This document shows, in pieces, positions 62,349 to 64,000 of a stretch of DNA of 64,000 nt (the first letter of the stretch is position 1; each line of letters opens with the position of its first letter). This stretch comes from the human T2T-CHM13v2.0 reference genome, Homo sapiens. Location: assembly GCA_009914755.4 (NCBI GenBank), contig CP068257.2:39520001-39584000 (forward strand), given 5' to 3'. A program made the translations under genes and the position numbers. Below the pieces are notes generated by a model that saw only the letters and a list, made by a program, of their open reading frames with translations, ran no database searches and was not told where the DNA came from.

Positions 62349-63770
62349 GGGGACCCGACCTCCCCTTCATTCAAGGGGTTCTGGGTCTGTAAACTAGCTC
62401 AAGTCTGGAAATTGATTGAAGAGCCATGATTCTCTGTTTTTATAATTCAAATTAGTGTTTTGGCCATTTGACCTAGAAGTTTTCTGCTTGTATAAATTAA
62501 GTAGGAATGCAGTGGGCTTCCTATCAATTTCACTTCTAGGAACACCATGATTAATTAACCAATGCCGGAGCTCTACACGAGCCAGACTGTTCTGATTGCT
62601 GCTTTGCCTCTGCTGTCCATTAGGGTAGCTGTGCCCACCTGACCTTATCATATCTAGTTTTTGAAACATGGCAGGGAAAATGATTCCACGTAACCTGACC
62701 ATATCAGCTGGGTGACTGAATAAAACACCTTCTCAGCTCGCTTTCCTCTGGCCTGAAGCTTTTTGCTGTAGCTGCTTTTGCAACAAAGGACACAGTTGTA
62801 GGCAGTGGATCCTAAATGGAGGTTTCCTGGGGGACTTTAGGGAAAGCTTATATTTTCCTGATAAAACTGTCAAGTGTGGCCAAGATAATACTTCCCCGTT
62901 TTCTGACTTTAATGAAAATACAAGGCCCTCAACAGAGATAGCTGACTTCTGACTTTGGGAGAGAGGTCAGGGAACAGCAGTGATGCTGTCGCTGATGTTT
63001 TTGAGCTATTGGTCTGATATCACTAGAGGCTTCCTTTACATATTTGAGCCATCCTAAATCTATAATTTTCTGTTTACTTGTAGCCAAAAATATTCTAAAT
63101 GTTTCACCCTCATACTTTTTGAGAAAAAAAAATAGCTTAATAATAATAAAGTACCTTAAGGCAATTTGCCATTCTTTTCCTTTCTTCAAAATCAGCAAAG
63201 CATGGCAGGACACATCTGAAAGTCTGTTTACTGTTGTTTTTGTTGATGTTATTGGCAGGCAGGGCACTTATTTCCAGCAGGGAAGAAGCGGACCCAGTTA
63301 AAGGGATCTAGACTCTGGTCGTCAGGAACGGGTCAAGGCCTTCACCATGAGAAGAGCACCAAAGGGAGTTAATATGGGGTTGACCAGAGGTAGGCAAAGG
63401 AAGGCCTGTGGGCCAAATCTGGCCAGCTACCTGTTTTTATAAATAAAGTTTTATTGGAACACAACCATGCTGGGGTTTGTTTCATATTTCCTGAGGCTGT
63501 TTTCACACTGCAATGGCAGAGGTGAGTGGTTGACACAGATGCCGTCTCACCAAAGCCTATGATATTTACTGTCTGGCCCTATACAGAAAAAGCTTGCTGA
63601 CCTCTGGGTTAGACTGTCAGGTGGTAGAGACTAAGGAGGGAGTGATAAGTCCCTGTTGGCCACCTGAGGTTTTGTCTGTGTCAGGAAGCTGCAGATGGGA
63701 GATGTCCAGGCAGTGGCTCAGAAGAACCCATGGAGGACCCATTAGGGGAAGGGTTGGTATGTGGACACCA

Positions 63771-63958
63771 GCCACGCCCAGGGTGAACCAGCTGTGCAGT
63801 CAAATACAGAACTTCCCGTCCCTTACACCTCCATTCTCTGTGTTTCAATTTTAGTGAAGTCAGCCACACCCAGAGTGAACCAACCGTGCAGTCAAATACA
63901 AAACTTCCTGCCCCTCACACCTCCATTCTCCCTGTTTCAATCCTGGTGAGGTCAGAGG
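63771..63958. repeat. Tandem duplication, 2 x ~94 bp (about 88% identical)
   Basis: ccacgcccagggtgaaccagctgtgcagtcaaatacagaacttcccgtcccttacacctccattctctgtgtttcaattttagtgaagtcag is followed by ccacacccagagtgaaccaaccgtgcagtcaaatacaaaacttcctgcccctcacacctccattctccctgtttcaatcctggtgaggtcag. Confidence 0.85.
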
Positions 63959-64000
63959 CACAGTCATGAGCAAGGTGGGGAAACAGCAGTAAATCCAACC

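Larger units (their letters stand above)
58546..62750 (-). mobile_element. ERV-L (class III, HERV-L-like) internal region: frameshifted pol in the order PR, RT, RNase H, IN, dUTPase. gag and the 5' LTR presumably lie beyond 62750 or the window end.
   Basis: A contiguous series of minus-strand ORF fragments carries retroviral Pol motifs in the canonical order. The C-terminal dUTPase after IN is the ERV-L/spuma-like hallmark. Confidence 0.8.

Noticed and set aside
62394-63267. Minus-strand ORFs 62394-62702 and 62929-63267 as ERV-L gag
   Set aside because: They are positioned where gag should be, but I cannot see a convincing MA/CA/NC motif in them (no major homology region, no CCHC). They are left unannotated and only included within the ERV-L internal span.

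Overview
This window is human (primate) genomic DNA, not a prokaryotic locus. It covers the 5' region of BACE2 (beta-secretase 2, chr21q22), upstream flank at low coordinates and intron 1 at high coordinates. I found no CRISPR array, operon, defence island or other bacterial-type system.

The only protein-coding exon I can support is BACE2 exon 1 on the + strand (ATG 36596 to splice donor 36907/36908). It encodes residues 1-104, MGALARALLLPLLAQWLLRA...YYLEMLIGTPPQK, a signal peptide followed by a propeptide. It sits in a ~1.9 kb CpG island (about 35450-37350). About 36.5 kb upstream of exon 1 is gene-poor intergenic sequence with dispersed Alu SINEs, two MaLR LTRs and several microsatellites and minisatellites. 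About 27 kb downstream is BACE2 intron 1.

Intron 1 contains two antisense endogenous retrovirus proviruses:
- A ~7.2 kb class I (gamma-like, HERV-W/9/F/H-clade) provirus at 48216-55415. It has paired ~450-480 bp LTRs, a 4-bp CCAG target-site duplication, a decayed tRNA-Arg-like primer-binding site, a polypurine tract, and recognisable Gag MA and CA and integrase remnants.
- An ERV-L (class III) provirus remnant from 58043 to about the window end. It has an MLT2-like 3' LTR and a frameshifted pol gene in the order PR, RT, RNase H, IN, dUTPase.

Other notable structures are a 132-bp near-perfect inverted repeat around a CA-rich core (7461-8222), an inverted Alu pair in intron 1, G-quadruplex-prone tracts at both edges of the CpG island, and several VNTR-like tandem arrays.

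Most long ORFs in the supplied track are artefacts of GC-rich or low-complexity DNA. Some start at non-ATG codons (for example TTG at 36122). All coordinates were derived by reading the sequence and are approximate to within a few bp for repeat boundaries.
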